Source: Heteronotia binoei (lineage: Eukaryota). Taken from it: 64,000 nucleotides of DNA. This document shows positions 12,655 through 24,511 of this stretch, in pieces. The stretch lies in contig NC_083230.1 in NCBI RefSeq assembly GCF_032191835.1, forward strand, positions 24,428,001 to 24,492,000. Direction: 5' to 3'. The translations under genes were made by a program, and so were the position numbers. The notes beneath the pieces are model-generated. The model did no database searches and was not told the DNA's origin. It saw only the letters and a list, made by a program, of their open reading frames with translations. Position 1 is the first letter of the stretch, and each line of letters starts with the position of its first letter.

Positions 12655-14956
12655 TTAGTGAGACGTCTGAGCCTGCATTTCATCTACTAGCTTTTTGAAG
12701 TTGGGTGAATATTGCGTGAGGGCCAGTCTCAGGGAATCCTGGAGATGTTCATCTGTCATGTTGGAACGCTGTGTAGTCGTCATTTTCAGATGGGAAAATG
12801 CAGATTCACACAAATAAGTTGAACTGAAACAGGAGTGTACAGCTTCACTGCATCTTCTCAAGCTGGGAAATTTGTCTCCAGGCACCAGCTTCCAAAACGA
12901 TTCTTGCTTAGCGCGGGTCTTGAGAAAAATGTCATTTTTAAGGGTTACTATTTCGTTTTCAAGAGATGCCTTGTTCAATGAGTAATTTTTACTGATAGCA
13001 GCTGCAGTTTCCTTAATGCCCATATCTGCTTTGAATGGGTATGACAAGTACTCCACAGCTTTTTCAATTCTTTGGAAGTCACAGAATCTTTTTTCGAATT
13101 CCTGGATAACAGAGCAGATTTCTGTCACATACTTCTTGTTCTGAAAAAAAAAATTGGATATTGTCCCAGATGGTCCTGCGTATTAGGAAAATGATCAAAA
13201 GTGTTGTTTGCAAGGTCAGTCATCGTTAGCTCAAATTTGCTCTTGTTGTCAAGCATGCAGTTTTAATGACGAGTCAGGTTTGATACAAAACTACATTTAT
13301 TGATAGACTGATACTTTCAGTGTAACAGATTCTTGAGAGTGATGCTAAAGATACATAAATACTTTTAAGGCATACTTCAAAAGGATTCCAAAAGGTGGGG
13401 GCCAGGGATGTGCTCTCACACATAAACTATCATAAATGTCTACATTATCATAGCGTTATCAGGACTCCGTCCTTGCTTTCCCCAGATGTGCCACACTCCC
13501 TAACAGGAATGTATGGGAAGGTGCTGATTACTCTTTCTCAAGTTAGTTTCGTTTCTCTCTACTTCTACTTTGCAAGCAATAAAGCAAGAAGGGGGAGGGG
13601 GAAAGAATAACAGAGTTAATAGACCTTGGTCCTCCATGATATTTCACAGGCCAGCTTTATGGAGGACCCTAAAACAATCAATTACCAGTGGAATTCTACC
13701 ATGCTTGACACTTGTAGGATGAAACTGTACTCATCATCTCGCCAATGCATTTGTTTTTACCTTGTAGTTCAATGTTCATATCACTTAGTTCGCCTGTAAA
13801 GTCAGTGAGAAATGCCAGATCACATAACCACACCTCATCTTTCAACTCTGCTTTGTCATCTCCCCTCTCCTTCAAAAACCTTCGTATTTCATTCAGCAAA
13901 TCACAAAATCTTTTCAGAAATTTGTGCCTACTTAGCCACCTTACATCTATGTGCAAAATGATTTCCACTGCCCCTTCATCAAGAGTAAGATTTAAAAGCT
14001 GTCTTTGAAGTGATCTTCCACGAACTGATTTTACAATTTTGAAAGTGATGTCCATGACAGGCTTTGTATTGAGTCTCTTGCTTGCCAAAACTTGCTAGTG
14101 AATGATGCAGTGGTAAGAAAGGAAATCTGTAAAGTCATCATGCTGTCTACGGAGGCCTATGAAACTGTTAACTTCACCTGTCACTGCTCTTGCTCCATCA
14201 GTAGTGATGGAAACAAGTTTATGCAATGGAAGATTGTGACTTTGTCACAAAAGAATAGAAAGAGCTGAATATTTCCTGACCGGTAGTTCTCCCTTTTAAA
14301 GAAATCATTCCAAGCAGTTCTTCTTTAACACTGAAGTCTTCAAAAACCATCCGGATAAAGACTAGTAACTGGGATATGTCTCTTATGTCTGTAGATTCAT
14401 CCAGTTGGAGTGAGAAAGCAGCACAAACTGAAACATCCTCCAACAATTGTTCAGTTGTGTCTCCACACATCTTTTCTATTCGCCGCACAATGGTGTTTCT
14501 TGACAATTGTACATCTTGAACAGTAGCTGTGATCGCTTTCTTATTCTTAAATCCTTCAAAAAGATTGTCTGCTGCTTCAAGAAAACAATCTTTTACAAAT
14601 TCTCCTTCATTGAAAGGTTTGCATTTCTTTGCGATCACGTTGCTGACCCTGAAGGATACCATGGTTGCATTGACCGAATGTGACCTTGGCTTCGCCATCA
14701 ACTGTTGCTGTGCAGCCAATTAAGATTTAAGTTCTTTGAGCTTCAGTTTACGAATTTCACTTTTGGGTAGAAAATCAGCATCAAACTTATTGCTATGCAG
14801 AGCCTTATAATGATGCTCCAGATTACCCTTTTTGGGCAAGGATACAGCGGTGTTAAAAAGTATACAACAACACTTGTCTTTCACCATGTTGAAGAAGTAG
14901 TCCATTTCCCATTCATCATGAAAGTGGTAGGTTTTGCTCTTCTTCGGAACACTCAT
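12655..14956 (-). pseudogene. Disrupted hAT transposase (GTF2IRD2/EPM2AIP1/SPIN-like)
   Basis: Fragments carry LQLDESTDI, TTDGA, YHCIIH, VRWLS and YLCESAFS motifs; in-frame stops at 14720-14722 and just upstream of 14088, frameshifts near 14240 and 13145, LTR insertion. Confidence 0.92.
13247..13710. mobile_element. Solo LTR (464 bp) nested in the hAT transposase
   Basis: TG...CA ends with perfect 11-bp inverted termini TGTCAAGCATG/CATGCTTGACA; 5-bp TSD CTTGT; removal restores VSSYK-SKF in the transposase. Confidence 0.8.
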
Positions 14957-15871
14957 CTTTGTTAGACTGGGGTGGCTGGGGTGCTAAGTTAACACTGGCT
15001 GAATCTGGTCCAAAGCTGTCACTGTCCCAAAGTATTAAAGATCAACAGGAACTGAAGACCTCTGGATGATGCCAAAACCACACATGCAGTTCTAAAAGTA
15101 AAAATAAGAATTCATCATATTGGCACCAATAATCAAATACCACCACACCAAACAATCATCAAAAAAACCCAAACACCTGTCCAGCAAACCATGAGACCAA
15201 GTGGGGCTGGTGATCTACCTCTGACCCCTCTGCGATCTACTGGTAGATCATGATCTACCTGTTAGACATACCTGATTTAGGACAATGGATCTTCCAAGTA
15301 AGTTACCTCCTCACTTTAGATTAATGTCATCAATGCCTGATCTCCCTCCCCTCACCCATTTACCCGAATTAAACTATACTTAACACTATTCACAAAACCT
15401 GGTATCTTTTTCCATCCAGTAATCACAGGGCCATCAAGGACTATTAACACCTATAGTCCACCTCAGGTAAAGCCACTTCTCCCAAATCATTGTTTACCTC
15501 CAAAAAACAAACAAACAATCAAGTTATTCTTTTGGGGGCTAACACATCAGACTTCCTCAGGGAGCATTTCCCCCTGTAACTGTAGCACCCTGCTCCATAG
15601 CAGTGTGTGTGTTCTTGGTGCCATACTTCACACCCCCAAATCCATTTGGGTCCTCTCTTCTTTGCTCCATGAAATACTGCTTTTTTAGCAGATGCCTCTA
15701 CCATCTCCCCTGTTTTCCTTTTAGCTAGTTAGTCTGTTTGTATGTATGTGATTTGCCTTTTTATTCCTGTTGAAGAATTCTGGTGCCGAGGTGACTACCT
15801 GGGATACCCCACCCCTAACCCCAGTAGAGTTCAATGGGCTGGATTAAGACTGGCGAGAGACTGGTGCGTGT

Positions 15872-15894
15872 GAGAGAGAGAGAGAGAGAGAGAG
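15872..15894. repeat. (GA)n microsatellite
   Basis: Pure GA run. Confidence 0.9.
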
Positions 15895-17407
15895 GACAGC
15901 TGCTTTACACTAAGAACTATTTATTGAACCTAGAAATCACACAAAAGCAAAACCCAATAACATAAAGAAAATCCAACACCTAAAATTAGTGCACTTTATA
16001 GAATTCAAAAAGGAATATTCCTATCTACTACCCAAATGTACACTGAAACCCTGGGAGTCTATGATGGGCAGCCCAGAGTAAAGCAAAAGCAAGTCTTATA
16101 TACCTGATGCATCTATATATTTCAATGCAGACACCAATCAAGACTATTACAGGAACCAGGCTATGCCCCTCACTGAACTCTGCTCAGAGTCAGCTCATAA
16201 TCTATGAGGTCAGAAATCTCCAGCCACTCCCCATGCCATGGAGTCACATACCATGATATCTAAATGTTTAGATTTTGAGGCTGGTACCAAGGGCTCCTGG
16301 TATGTAAGCCATGTATTGGGATCAAGTTAATAAAGCATGCTTACTTGAGAGACTAGAGGAACAGCCAAGCTACAAAGTTCTACGGGAAAGAGAATCAAAC
16401 TATGGAAATTTAAGCCAATTCCAGCTGAACCACACCAATCTCTGTCAAATTCTGGCACAACTCATTTTTCTAAATAAAACCTTTCTGGTAGAAATGTGCC
16501 TAGTTTATTTCAACAATTTTCTGAAAGAAAAGATCCCCATATACATAGGTGGAGAATCCCAGCTACCCCCTCTCACTTGTCTCCTTTAAAGCAATTTCTC
16601 CAACTAATTAGGAGACTGCCTATTTGGAGAACATTATGGGGGTGGGCGGGTACCAAGGTCTCAGAAACCTGGGGATTCTAACAGTGCAGGCCTGAGTCAG
16701 CCTCGTTGAATAGGCATGAGTATGCCTGCTGAATAGACCTGCTTAGGATTGCTAAGACTGCTAATTTTATAAACACTTACTTGGCAGTAAGTCCCTTTAA
16801 TCACAGCTGTATTTACTTCTGAGTAGATCAGCAAAAGATTCCACTTAGTTAGCCCCACTTGTTCTCCCTGATGCAGGTCCAGTACTGGTTCCTAACTCAG
16901 TCACGTTACAGCACTAGCGCAGAATCCTTTATACTTCTGATAGAATCTTAAAGACATAAGGGATCTAGTCAGTATTTTGGGGCTGAATCCAGACTAACTT
17001 GTAAACTACCGTTGGTTCCACCTTCCCAAAGCAGACCTCCCTCATGCTCAAGGTCCCCTATCCCTTATGTGTAGCATTTAATGAAAATCAGTGAGCTGCA
17101 GTACAAGAGTGGAATCAGAGAAATTACATCTAGTTGATGGAAAATTTAGTCTCGATCCAGTCCCTAACCCTCCCCAACTGGCACAGCAGATGAAAAAGTT
17201 CTCTGTGTTCTCTGCTAATCTTCTATTATTTGCAAATATTTTAAACTACCATCCTACTCATATCTAGTTGTAAGTAAATCCTACTGAATTTAACAAGACT
17301 TACTCCCAAACGGAGTAGACAAAAGCCAGAAGCAAATCTGCTGCTCATACCAAACTCTACAGAGAAAAGGATAACAAACAGCTTCTGATTGTGTGCCTAA
17401 ATACTGC

Positions 17408-17694
17408 GGGTGTTTTCGCACTTACGTTTTACTGGCGCGAAGACCCTCCTCACGCCGGCGGATCTGCAGTGATTTCGCACTAGAAGCGCCGGCGCAGCCC
17501 AAAGAGCCGGCTACTTCCGTCGCTAAGCCAGCGCAAACGTTTTCCTGCTTCTTGGCGGTTTCCGTTTGCGCTGGCTTAGCGACGGAAGTAGCCGGCGCAA
17601 TGGGCTGCGCCGGCGCTTCTAGTGCGAAATCACTGCAGATCCGCCGGCGTGAGGAGGGTCTTCGCGCCAGTAAAACGTAAGTGCGAAAACACCC
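17408..17694. mobile_element. Palindromic MITE (287 bp), possibly PIF/Harbinger-like
   Basis: 132-bp arms identical apart from one 4-nt patch, 23-nt loop, GGG...CCC ends, CpG-rich; TSD not resolved. Confidence 0.8.
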
Positions 17695-18012
17695 CATCTC
17701 TTCCTTAAAGCTCCTAAAACTTCAGATCTTGGGTTCTCATTGTGATGGAGATAAAGAGCCAAATAATTCCTTTTCTGGTTGCAAGGGATTTCTTTCTCAT
17801 ATATAATTTTTTATCACTTAAAGTTTTTAGAACGATAAATACAAAGCACAATACAGTGAAGGTATCAGTTCATCCCCCTTTGACTATATTAAAATACATA
17901 ACATTTTAAATACAAACAAATACAAACATTTTAATTCTAAGTACAAATAATGGATAATGTAAAATATTAAGGAATGGAATGAACAAGGAAGAATAGCAAT
18001 TTAATGTTATAT

Positions 18013-18715
18013 ATTTTATTTTATTTTATTTATTTTATCAGATTTATATCCCACCCTCCCCTAACAGGCTCAGGGCAGCTAACAACAGTTAAAAACCACA
18101 TAGAATACTAAAAAAACAATATACAATAAAATCAATTCTACACATTTTAACCATAAAATCCAAGATACACATTGGTGTTTCTCAATATCTATTTGTCCAG
18201 TGGGACTGTCAGTGCTGTGGGACATTTGCTACCTCCCCTTAACTACTGAAGGCAAGCTTAAATAGTCTTACAGCTCTTACAGGCCTGGCGGAACTGTGGC
18301 AGGTCCCGCAGGGCCCTGATGTTTTCAGGGAGGGCATTCCACAAAGCAGGGGCTATTGTTGAAAATGCTCTGGCTCTAGTGGTGGACAATCGAACTTCTT
18401 TCAGTCCAGGAATCTGAAGGAGATTTTGGGACCCTGAATGTAGTGCTCTCTGGGGCACATATGGGGAAAGGCGGTCCTGAAGGTAAACAGGTCTCAGGCC
18501 GTATAGGGCTTTAAAGGTTATAACCAGCACCTTGAAACGAATCCAGAATGCCACAGGCAACCAGTGTAACGTTTCCAGCGCAGGTTGGATGTGCTGCCGT
18601 ACAGATAGCTCCAACAACAACCTATCTGTTGCGTTTTGCACCAGTTGCAGCCTCCGGAGTTGAGTCAAGGGCAGCCCCATGTAGAAGGTGTTACAGTAGT
18701 CTATATAATCTAGTC
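18013..18715 (-). mobile_element. L2 LINE 3' fragment
   Basis: Translates RLDY..YCN..LQLVQNA..LHWLPV..FKVLVITFKAL..RAFS..AP.LWN.LP; (TAAAA)n-like tail at about 18013-18040. Confidence 0.9.
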
Positions 18716-18789
18716 TATAATCTATATAACCCTTTCTCCAGGAAATTTCCAAGCAGCAGCTGCTTATTCTCCTATTAAAAATAATGCTT

Positions 18790-19010
18790 ACTAAGTTTGC
18801 CAGCTTCAGGTTGGAAAATCCCCGGAGATGGGGGCACGGTAGATCTTGGGGAGGCTGGAATTTGAGGAAGGGAAGGACCTCAGGAGGATATAGTGCCCTT
18901 GAGTCCACCCTCCAAAGCTGCAATTTTGTCCAGGAGAACTGATATCTGTCTTCTGGAGATCAGATGTAATTCTGGGAGATCTCCAGGCTCCACCTGGAGC
19001 TTGATAACCC
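18790..19010. mobile_element. Degenerate hAT-Blackjack-like MITE
   Basis: Ends resemble TAGGGTTGCCA/TGGCAACCC; interior like other copies in the window. Confidence 0.4.
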
Positions 19011-19099
19011 ATAAAGTACTGAATTCATGATTATAAATAATTATAGTAGACCTGATTTTTTTTTGTCAAAGATGACATTTCAATTAGGCGCCATGGACA

Positions 19100-19309
19100 C
19101 GGACATATGAAGCTGCCTTATACTGAATCAGACCCTTGGTCCATCAAAGTCAGTATTGTCTACTCAGACTGGCAGCGGCTCTCCAAGGTCTCAAGCTGAG
19201 GTTTTTCACACCTATTTGCCTGGACCCTTTTTTGGAGATGCCAGGGATTGAACCTGGGACCTTCTGCTTCCCAAGCAGATGCTCTACCACTGAGCTACCG
19301 TCCCTCCCC
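19100..19309 (-). mobile_element. tRNA-derived SINE (Squam2/AnolisSINE2-like)
   Basis: Reverse strand has tRNA A/B boxes (GTAGCTCAGTGG; GGTTCAATCCC) and ends GGCAGCTTCATATG; near-identical copies at 32764, 42201, 47281. Confidence 0.88.
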
Positions 19310-19497
19310 ATACAGAGGATAATTCATACTCTGACATTAAAAAGCACTGCTGTTTCTGTTAGTATTGTTCTCATATTGAGGAATAGTTGTTATCCTTTGA
19401 TTGTATGGCAGTTTTCTTTTAAAAAGAATGCTGTGCTCTGTCTCAACTACCTGTGATAAGAGTAACATAAATGGTTATATGGAGAGCCATATAAATG

Positions 19498-19777
19498 GAG
19501 AGCCAGTTTGGTGTAGTGGTTAAGTGTGTGGACTCTTATCTGGGAGAACCAGGTTTGATTCCCCACTCCTCCACTTGCACCTGCTGGAATGGCCTTGGGT
19601 TAGCCATAGCCCTGGCAGAGGTTGTCCTTGAAAGGGCAGCTGCTGTAAGAGCTCTCTTAGCCCCACCCACCTCACAGGGTGTCTGTTGTGGGGGAGGAAG
19701 GTAAAGGAGATTGTGAGCCGCTCTGAGACTCTTCGGAGTGGAGGGCGGGATATAAATCCAATATCTTCACATCTTCT
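19498..19777 (+). mobile_element. tRNA-derived SINE (Squam3-like, gecko type)
   Basis: GAGAGCCAGTTTGGTGTAGTGGTTAAG head, GGTTTGATTCCC B box, L2-like 3' end with CTT repeats; five copies in window. Confidence 0.88.
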
Positions 19778-20459
19778 TATAACTATTAAGCTTGCCTTTT
19801 TTAGAATATCAAGGGAAACAACAGCAAAAGTGTTACTGGATTCCTCAACAGTAATTAACACTTTACCCCCAGCCACAGTTGAACCCTGAAGTCTATAATT
19901 TCAGAAGCAAACCAATAGTGACTAATAGTAAACTGCAAGTATCTTGACTAAAACTTTTTTTCTAACTAGTTAAAAACAAATACATGGAGAGTCACCTCCT
20001 CATATAGTTTAAAATCAGTTTTAAAGGTATGTTTCATTTTTAATTTGTGCATGCAAGTATGATTGCATTCACCTCTGGAGAACATCTTATACTACTTTTG
20101 GGGGACAAAACAGAAAAAGAATAACTCACATTCCTACAGTTATATTGGAGAAGACTTTTTTTTTTTTAGTCACATCAGAAATAAAAGTTGGCATGAAATT
20201 AAATGTCATGTGTTTTCATCGTTTTGTCTTTCCTATTAATGGGATTTTACTTTTAGAGTTTGCTGGAAGAGTCAGATTCCAACCAAAGCTGCCTTTTATA
20301 AATCTGATATCAGTAGCCAGTTTTGAAACACATCCCATCATAGCTATATATGGAATTTGCAGCTAGTACCACTGGCATTGCTCGATTACCATATGTGAAC
20401 CGTAAGTTCTTCAAGGAAAAGCAACTTTTCTATTTTTATAAAACAATTATCAATAGGAC

Positions 20460-20935
20460 TGCCAGCACCAGGTTGGGGAATACTGGAGATTCTGGGAGTG
20501 AAGCCTGAGAAGGGGGTGGGGGGGACTTCAATGGGCATAATGTCATAGATTCCACCTTCCAAAGCAGCTATTTTCTCCAGGGGAACTGATTTCTAGCAGG
20601 AGATCTCCAGCCACCACATGGAGGTTTGCAACCCGAGTTATCACCCTGAGATAGGAAACACTATGATCTATCAAAAAACAAAACACAACAAACAAGCAAA
20701 CAACTTCAAGACGCACTAAAAAATGATCCAAACAGTAGAGCTGCCAATCTTCAAGTGTAGCCTGGAGATCTTCCAGAATCACAACAGATCTCCAGACGAA
20801 AGTGGCCAGTTCCTCTGGAGCGTGAACTGTGTGGAATTCTATCCTGACAATCCTGCGGAAGTCCCTCCTCTCCCCTCTGCAAATCCCTCCTTCTCCAGGT
20901 TCCATTTCCCAAATCTCCAGAAATTTCCCAACCAC
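20460..20935. repeat. Two degraded Blackjack-like MITE fragments
   Basis: CTGCCAG/GCAACCC-like ends and GGAGATCTCCAG modules shared with other copies. Confidence 0.4.
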
Positions 20936-21384
20936 CCAGCAATGTATATTGTGTAATAAGCATTTTAGAAGAAGAGACTGTTTAGGAATCTCCATGCTTG
21001 TGTAAATACAAATCTTAGAAAGCTTTGCTTGCAGACCTGAAAAAAAAAATTAAAACAATGGATTTATACATGTTCAAAAGTAACTTCCATCATGTTCAAT
21101 GGATCTTTCAGCTAACTGCACACGGGGGTGCAATTTTCTTCTTCCATGCACACTCACGCCCAAGTCCTAAAAACACTCCTGTTGAATATAACTTTTGTAC
21201 AGACCTGTTTTAGAATTGCCCCCTTAGTGGGGAGTAAGCTCCGTCGAGCAACGCGGAACTTACTTCCGTGCATGCATACACAGAATAAGATCGCAATTTT
21301 GCACAAGTTGCGAGGAACAACGCAGGCGACGCTTCTTCAACGGGGACGGACACGGACTCCACCTTCCAGTGCATAGCTCGTATT

Positions 21385-21473
21385 TTCCCCGCCAAATCTT
21401 TACAGCCTCTCATGTTACCCACAGGCGGAGGCATTGAGCACCCCGCGCATGCGCTTGGCTGGTTATCTTCCGG
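21385..21473. promoter_or_regulatory. E2F-like, NRF1 and ETS/GABP motifs
   Basis: TTCCCCGCCAAA (about 21385-21396), GCGCATGCGC (21445-21454), CTTCCGG (21467-21473). Confidence 0.55.
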
Positions 21474-21731
21474 GTTTTGGAGGCGCCGTGAATCATAGAG
21501 AGCCGCGGAGAGAGAAGACCTAGGCTAAGCGAGCGGGGCGCGCGCGCGCTGGGGATTTTCGTGAAGTCCGCAGTTTTTGGTGCGGGTTAGGCAAGTCCTC
21601 CCATTTAACCAAGCAAGTCAACGTTTCTTTTAGCAGCCTTTTCCAGTGAAATCTAACCGATTTGGGTACTAAAATCGAATATGCATGCGTTTGACAAAAG
21701 CTGAACTAACTCGGTTCGGTCAAGAGAAGCG

Positions 21732-21851
21732 ATGCCTCTGGAGCTAAAACGGTCCCTGCAGGAATTGAAAACTTCGCTCCCCAAGCATCTCCGGAGAGTC
21801 GGTTTGAAGCATTTCCAGTTGGGAGGGGAATATACCAACAAATATTTTCAG
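21732..21851 (+). CDS. POT1: POT1 coding exon 1 (N-terminal extension)
   Basis: MPLELKRSLQELKTSLPKHLRRVGLKHFQLGGEYTNKYFQ, 120 nt, donor CAG|GTAAAC, phase 0; resembles my recollection of the avian POT1 N-terminus. Confidence 0.85.
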
Positions 21852-22280
21852 GTAAACTTACTTTCATCATTCTTTCCCTCTTTTTTTCATTAAAAAAAAA
21901 ATGCCGGTCCCTATGCATCTCTCTCTCTTTTCACCCCCTCCGAAACAAAAAGACCGTTGTAAATAAAAGCGGCCAAAGTGAAGACTCGTCCCGGTGCAAA
22001 ACGACTGGTCCCTAAAGTGGCTCTTTCTGTACGGTGGGGTGCCTGGTAACGGTTGGCATTTTGATGTTGGGAACGAGCAAGCTTCCGAGGTGTACGAAAC
22101 GCTTCTGCACGCTGAATGGAAGACTGTCGTTTCTTTTTGTCGCAAGCTGGCTTGCTATTGTGTTATGCTTGCTGTGGGCAGTTCTGTGTAACTTTAAAGC
22201 TTGCCAACAACAGCAGAAAGGAGCAGCTGTTGTTCCGCAGCAAAATCGCAAATCTGTGCAATTCCTTTTATTGACAAAAC

Positions 22281-22419
22281 TGAACATATATGAACGTGTG
22301 AAGCTGCCTTATACTGAATCAGACCTCCCTGGGTCCATCAAAAGTCAGTATTGTCTTCTCAGACTGGCAGCGGCTCTCCAGGGTCTCAAGCGGAGGTTTT
22401 TCACACCTGTTTGCCTGGA
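22281..22419 (-). mobile_element. 5'-truncated Squam2-like SINE
   Basis: Matches the 3' portion of the 19100-19309 family. Confidence 0.85.
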
Positions 22420-22554
22420 TACTGTAGCAACGCAGATGCTCAGTATGTTCTGTTATGGTTTCTCTTAAGGAAAGGCATTCTGTTACATGGCTTTTTGGTT
22501 CTGCTGTAGTCCTACACCAGCAAGGCCTGAGACATACTGTTTACTGTTTATTTA

Positions 22555-22740
22555 CCTGTTTATCCCACTTTCCTCCAAACAACTCATGGTGGTGTGTATA
22601 GTCCTGTCCTACTCCATGATATCCTCACAACCATCCCTGTGAAGTAGGTTCAGTTGACAGAATAACTGGCCCAGTAAGGTGCATGGCAGAATGGGGCTTT
22701 GAGCCCGGGCATCGTAGATTCTAGTCTGATATTGGTATAC
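22555..22740 (-). mobile_element. Old MIR/Squam3-like SINE remnant
   Basis: ATCCTCACAACCATCCCTGTGAAGTAGG core motif; degraded. Confidence 0.45.
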
Positions 22741-23733
22741 TACAGTATTTGTCGTCCAAGGAATGTGAGACTGCTTGATAATATCAATTCCTGTTGTATT
22801 TAGTGGTGGACCATGTTTGAAGATTTCTTTGAACTGAAGTTGTTGTTTTGGGGGATTTTAAGTGCATTAGCTTGATACTCATTAAAACTTTCATAAGATT
22901 AAGTTACTTGAATAACAATGGTCTTTTTAAAGTTAATGTTCTCCCTTTGGAGACATGCTATATCTCCCCCCCCCCCCGTCCCTTACAGCTTGAATCTACC
23001 GTAAGTATGCTTACTTGGAAGTAAATCTGGCAGAATTGTCCCTCAATAAAGAATGTGCTAGGAAGTCAGTCTTATCAATTTTGTTTTATTTCCATAGGAC
23101 TATATTTGAAGGATTTTTAAACTTTTATTACCCCTGAAGAAGAGTAGAACTGTGTGTGTGTGTGGAGGGGGGGGGGGTTGTAATAGATGGTGATGTTTTC
23201 GGTTAAGCTTTAAACTTTAATGGCATTGTGATAAAAATTTCCTTCTGATGACTTAATGGAGCATTTAAAAATCAATAGTTTCTCTCAGATTTATGAACAA
23301 ACATTTTTTTAAAAAAATGGGAAGGATCACATCACAGTATAATTTTTGTCTTTATAACGTTAGTTTCCTTTCTACCAGTAGTTTTCTGTTGTCTGCTACA
23401 ACAAGGAAAACATGGTGCTGGACTATGATGAGCAAGAAACATTCTCTGCTGGTGGTATGAACACAGTGCTTATAATATGTTAGGCTCAGTGTGCAAACTT
23501 TCTCATGTAGACTACAACATAGAAGACTAATTTTCTCAGCATGTTTGCTTTTATTTGTTGTTGGTGAAATTAATTTGAAAGCCTTCTCATCAGCAGCACT
23601 TTGAGACATTAGCTGAGAATTACATTGTTTTGTTTTCTGTGAAGACGTGCTCTGCAAGGAAAGCATGCAGTTCGTAGGATGCGTGCACACCATAAAACTG
23701 AAGATGATGTGGAAATAAACCTTGGATTAGAGT

Positions 23734-24016
23734 GAAGAAGAAGAAGATATTGGATTTATATCCCGCCCTCCACTCCGAAGAGTCTCAGAGTGGCTCACAA
23801 TCTCCTTTACCTTCCTCCCCCACAACAGACACCCTGTGAGGTGGGTGGGGCTGGAGAGGGCTCTCACAGCAGCTGCCCTTTCAAGGACAACCTCTGCCAG
23901 AGCTATGGCTGACCCAAGGCCATTCCAGCAGCTGCAAGTGGAGGAGTGGGGAATCAAACCTGGTTCTCCCAGATAAGAGTCCGCACACTTAACCACTACA
24001 CCAAACTGGCACCAAA
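23734..24016 (-). mobile_element. Squam3-like SINE
   Basis: Reverse complement of the 19498 family, (GAA)n at the left end. Confidence 0.88.
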
Positions 24017-24511
24017 CTGAAGTTCTAGGATGCAGCTTTTATAAGTTTTCTTGATTATTAGTACACTCAGAACCAATGTCACAAAGAAAAAAAAATGAGA
24101 GGGAGAAGGATGCCAGAAACATACTGTGAAGGACAGTCAGGGTGAATGGATAAACACGGACCACTTTAAATTTTGTCCCTTTTACCCAGTACCTCAAGAA
24201 ACCAGAATTAAACCTTGTCGGAAAATAATAAAGGCACTGATAGCGTTTCAAAGTAAAAAAACAAATATTATGTTTAGAAGGCAAGGAAAGGAGGAAATAA
24301 TAACTATCTTGTGTTTATGAAAATCAGTTGGCAGGCAGGGATTCAAATAACAAATAACCTAGAACACTATAGATGTTGGCAGGCTGAAGTTGTAATATAA
24401 AAACAAACTGATTCCTTCACTCTGGATAACCCTCTTAATTAGAGAAAGGTGTATAAAGTAGTTTCAGGCTTTTCATATATAGATCCACTCACTCAGAGGA
24501 CTGACTGAACT

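Larger units (their letters stand above)
12280..15274 (-). mobile_element. Full-length hAT DNA transposon (Buster/Charlie branch)
   Basis: TIRs CAGGCATGTCCAAC / GTTAGACATACCTG, perfect 8-bp TSD ATTTAGGA (nnnTAnnn), GATCTAC subterminal repeats, internal transposase. Confidence 0.95.
21200..22150 (+). promoter_or_regulatory. CpG island / POT1 promoter and first exon
   Basis: Local CpG enrichment around the first coding exon in an otherwise CpG-depleted window. Confidence 0.85.

Noticed and set aside
15768-16683. Possible antisense LTR (TGTTGAAGAATTCC ... GGATTCTAACA)
   Set aside because: Termini only loosely inverted, no TSD, no second copy
17393-17697. Mirror-image ORFs on both strands (95 aa and 91 aa)
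   Set aside because: Artefact of the palindromic GC-rich MITE; no protein homology recognised
18013-18715. L2 fragment C starts (RLDYC) about 8 nt after fragment B ends (IHAT), suggesting a third piece of the same copy
   Set aside because: Rejoining needs an inversion of 18716-44671, which would flip the POT1 promoter and exons 1-3; treated as coincidence
21591-21646. Possible GC-AG 5' UTR intron (AG|GCAAGT ... TTTTCCAG)
   Set aside because: Only 43-56 nt to the available acceptors, below typical vertebrate minimum intron size
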